From positions 248,001 through 312,000 of the IMG/VR virus record IMGVR_UViG_3300046616_000314: a stretch of DNA of 64,000 nt. One strand, 5' to 3'. Position 1 is the first letter of the stretch. The number at the start of each line of letters is the position of its first letter. Shown here piece after piece: positions 62,414 through 64,000 of this stretch. The notes under the pieces were generated by a model. The model was not told the DNA's origin, did no database searches, and was given only the letters and a program-made list of their open reading frames with translations. A program made the translations under genes and the position numbers.

Positions 62414-62914
62414 ATGAGTTATGATTATCAGATGACAACGAAACTTGATCTCGGCTTCAAACACGGTGGATTGGCTCGCCAGCTATCCAATCTCTACGCT
62501 TACCCTTTCGTGCTCGATGGCACGCAATGCGGCTCTATTGAGGGCTTTCTTCAGGGTGTGAAATTCCAGGGCTTGGAAGAACAAGCCTTGATTGCGTCTT
62601 TGCAGGGCTACGAAGCTTATAAGACCGGGCAACTAGGGAACGACTGGAAAGAAACTCAAACCCTGTGGTGGCAGGGTAAGGCTTTTCCTCGCCTTAGTAG
62701 AGAGTACCATACTCTCTTAGAGCGGGCGTACGATGCGTGCTTCGATCAGAACCCGGCTTTCGTACAAGCATTGATCGACAGCGGCATTGATGTCCTGACA
62801 CATTATATGGGGCATCACGATCCGCATAATTCGGTGCTCACCGAATGGGAATACATCTATCTTATGTATCGAGCGCGTACGAAGGCGTTCCAAGGGATCA
62901 TGGCAGAAACTTGA
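62414..62914 (+). CDS. NADAR-family hydrolase, T4 gp30.3/AdfN-like
   Basis: LSNLYAYPFVLDG..GSIEGFLQGVK...TLWWQG..F.R.S..Y..L..AY...QN..F..AL..S...LTH..G...SVLTE parallels T4 gp30.3 as I recall it. Confidence 0.85.
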   Translation: MSYDYQMTTKLDLGFKHGGLARQLSNLYAYPFVLDGTQCGSIEGFLQGVKFQGLEEQALIASLQGYEAYKTGQLGNDWKETQTLWWQGKAFPRLSREYHTLLERAYDACFDQNPAFVQALIDSGIDVLTHYMGHHDPHNSVLTEWEYIYLMYRARTKAFQGIMAET

Positions 62915-62964
62915 CAGTGCCTTAACGAAAGTTTATAGACAGGATTCCGGTCGAGGGAATTTCT

Positions 62965-63207
62965 ATGTCATCTGACGAATTTGGTATTTTGTTTCTCGCT
63001 GCGGTGTGTCTTGGACCATTTGTGTTAGTTTGTTTTTTTGCCCTGAACGAAAACCGCAACAAGGGCAAGTGGGAAACCGTCAAGGATGACGGGCGTTATT
63101 CCTATCAACAACACAAGGTGACGGGTAAGCGGCGCCTTTGGGTGTCTAAAGTTGGTCTCCTTCCTGTAAATCAGGATTGGGTAGACGGCAAAACTGATAT
63201 TCTTTAG
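62965..63207 (+). CDS. Small membrane-anchored protein
   Basis: N-terminal TM; TTGACA promoter-like element overlapping the upstream stop codon. Confidence 0.7.
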   Translation: MSSDEFGILFLAAVCLGPFVLVCFFALNENRNKGKWETVKDDGRYSYQQHKVTGKRRLWVSKVGLLPVNQDWVDGKTDIL

Positions 63208-63209
63208 GA

Positions 63210-63515
63210 ATGAAAATGACCGCTTCCGTCCGTCAGCCCGTCGTGTGGGTGAAATCCCCGGTGAAACAAGAAGAAGAAAACGCCCGATTGGCGCGTGAAA
63301 AATCTGCAATGATCGTCAAAGTGCAGGTTCCCTTCATTGAAGACGGCGAAGTGTCGGTGTATCGTGAAGGTCGAAAGGGTTTGAAGCACCAAGCCCTGAC
63401 CGTCGAAGAACAAGCCATGCTGGGCGATGACCGCAAGGCGCATTTTAAGGCGTTATGGAACGTCGATGCCGTTCGATGGGATTTGCTGAAGCGGGTTAAG
63501 GACCAAGCGTGGTAA
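63210..63515 (+). CDS. Hypothetical protein
   Basis: Gene-like ORF. Confidence 0.7.
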   Translation: MKMTASVRQPVVWVKSPVKQEEENARLAREKSAMIVKVQVPFIEDGEVSVYREGRKGLKHQALTVEEQAMLGDDRKAHFKALWNVDAVRWDLLKRVKDQAW

Positions 63516-63826
63516 CTTCCATTAAGTGGTATGCGCGGGTAAAAGAGACCTCTGGTGGAATTTTGAAAACGATTGACTGGGTTGAAGAAAATTGCCCCGG
63601 TTGGTCGTTTTTCGATATTAAAAGCAAAGATGGTCCGCTACCTGAAATCAAAAGTATTTTGAGCTTGAGTGCGATAGATGCACCCGAGCGCAATATGGAA
63701 TATGAAATCTATTTTGTTCAAGAAGAACATTTTGCGATATTTAAGCTATATAAGTCTGAAAGGATAATTGCATCTTCGACTGTTTGGGTAAGTAATATTC
63801 CCAATCTTTCGTGGGGACCAGAATAA
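63509..63826 (+). CDS. Hypothetical protein, FKLK family-like
   Basis: IYFVQEEHFAIFKLYK. Confidence 0.65.
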   Translation: MVTSIKWYARVKETSGGILKTIDWVEENCPGWSFFDIKSKDGPLPEIKSILSLSAIDAPERNMEYEIYFVQEEHFAIFKLYKSERIIASSTVWVSNIPNLSWGPE

Positions 63827-64000
63827 CCAATTATCATGATTAAGATTGAGCTAGATGTTAAGAATTCCGACATGCGTTCATTGCATGTGTGGCTCGACGC
63901 CAATTGCATTGGTTGGTGCTATCAAGGTGCAGGAAACCGTTTGTCCAACGAGCTTTGGGCAAAGAAAATGAACAAAAACATCGGCGCCCGCCAGAACGAT

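Noticed and set aside
1-64000. tRNA genes, integrase/transposase, bacterial chromosomal origin of the window
   Set aside because: No cloverleaf with T-loop/CCA recognised and no recombinase or transposase motifs. Gene density, late promoters and virion genes indicate a phage even though several genes are host-like.

Overview
This is a 64 kb segment of a large (jumbo-type) dsDNA phage genome. It is densely packed with short unknown ORFs, has sigma70-like early promoters and T4-like TAAATA late promoters, and has no bacterial operon context. The host is most likely an alphaproteobacterium, probably Caulobacteraceae. This rests on a Zn-free MucR/Ros, DUF4170, an alphaproteobacterial-type PncB and YccA/BI-1, and a CtrA-like box. 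Main content: (1) two giant Ig-repeat virion proteins (1-3090, partial; and 20031-30368 with LamG modules). (2) A ~1.1 kb, GNRA/UUCG-tetraloop-rich non-coding RNA with its own promoter and terminator (GOLLD-like, ~3325-4450), plus 3-4 smaller candidate structured RNAs. (3) A glycan/nucleotide-sugar module (HtrL/YibB, HAD-nucleotidyltransferase, two glycosyltransferase-like proteins, GDPD-like). (4) Translation-related genes: editing-less ThrRS, two GatB/YqeY-domain proteins, a bL12-CTD-like protein and GroES. (5) A set of late-expressed proteins with T4 capsid-targeting-like N-termini carrying ADP-ribosyltransferase-like or zincin domains, with a co-transcribed tandem GNAT, i.e. a probable head-packaged effector arsenal. 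(6) A complete four-enzyme deamidating NAD+ salvage operon (NadM-Nudix, PncB, PncA, Gln-dependent NadE) next to MucR and a T4 gp30.3/AdfN-like NADAR. (7) Several expanded paralogue families. All family assignments come from motif recognition by eye; no database searches were run.
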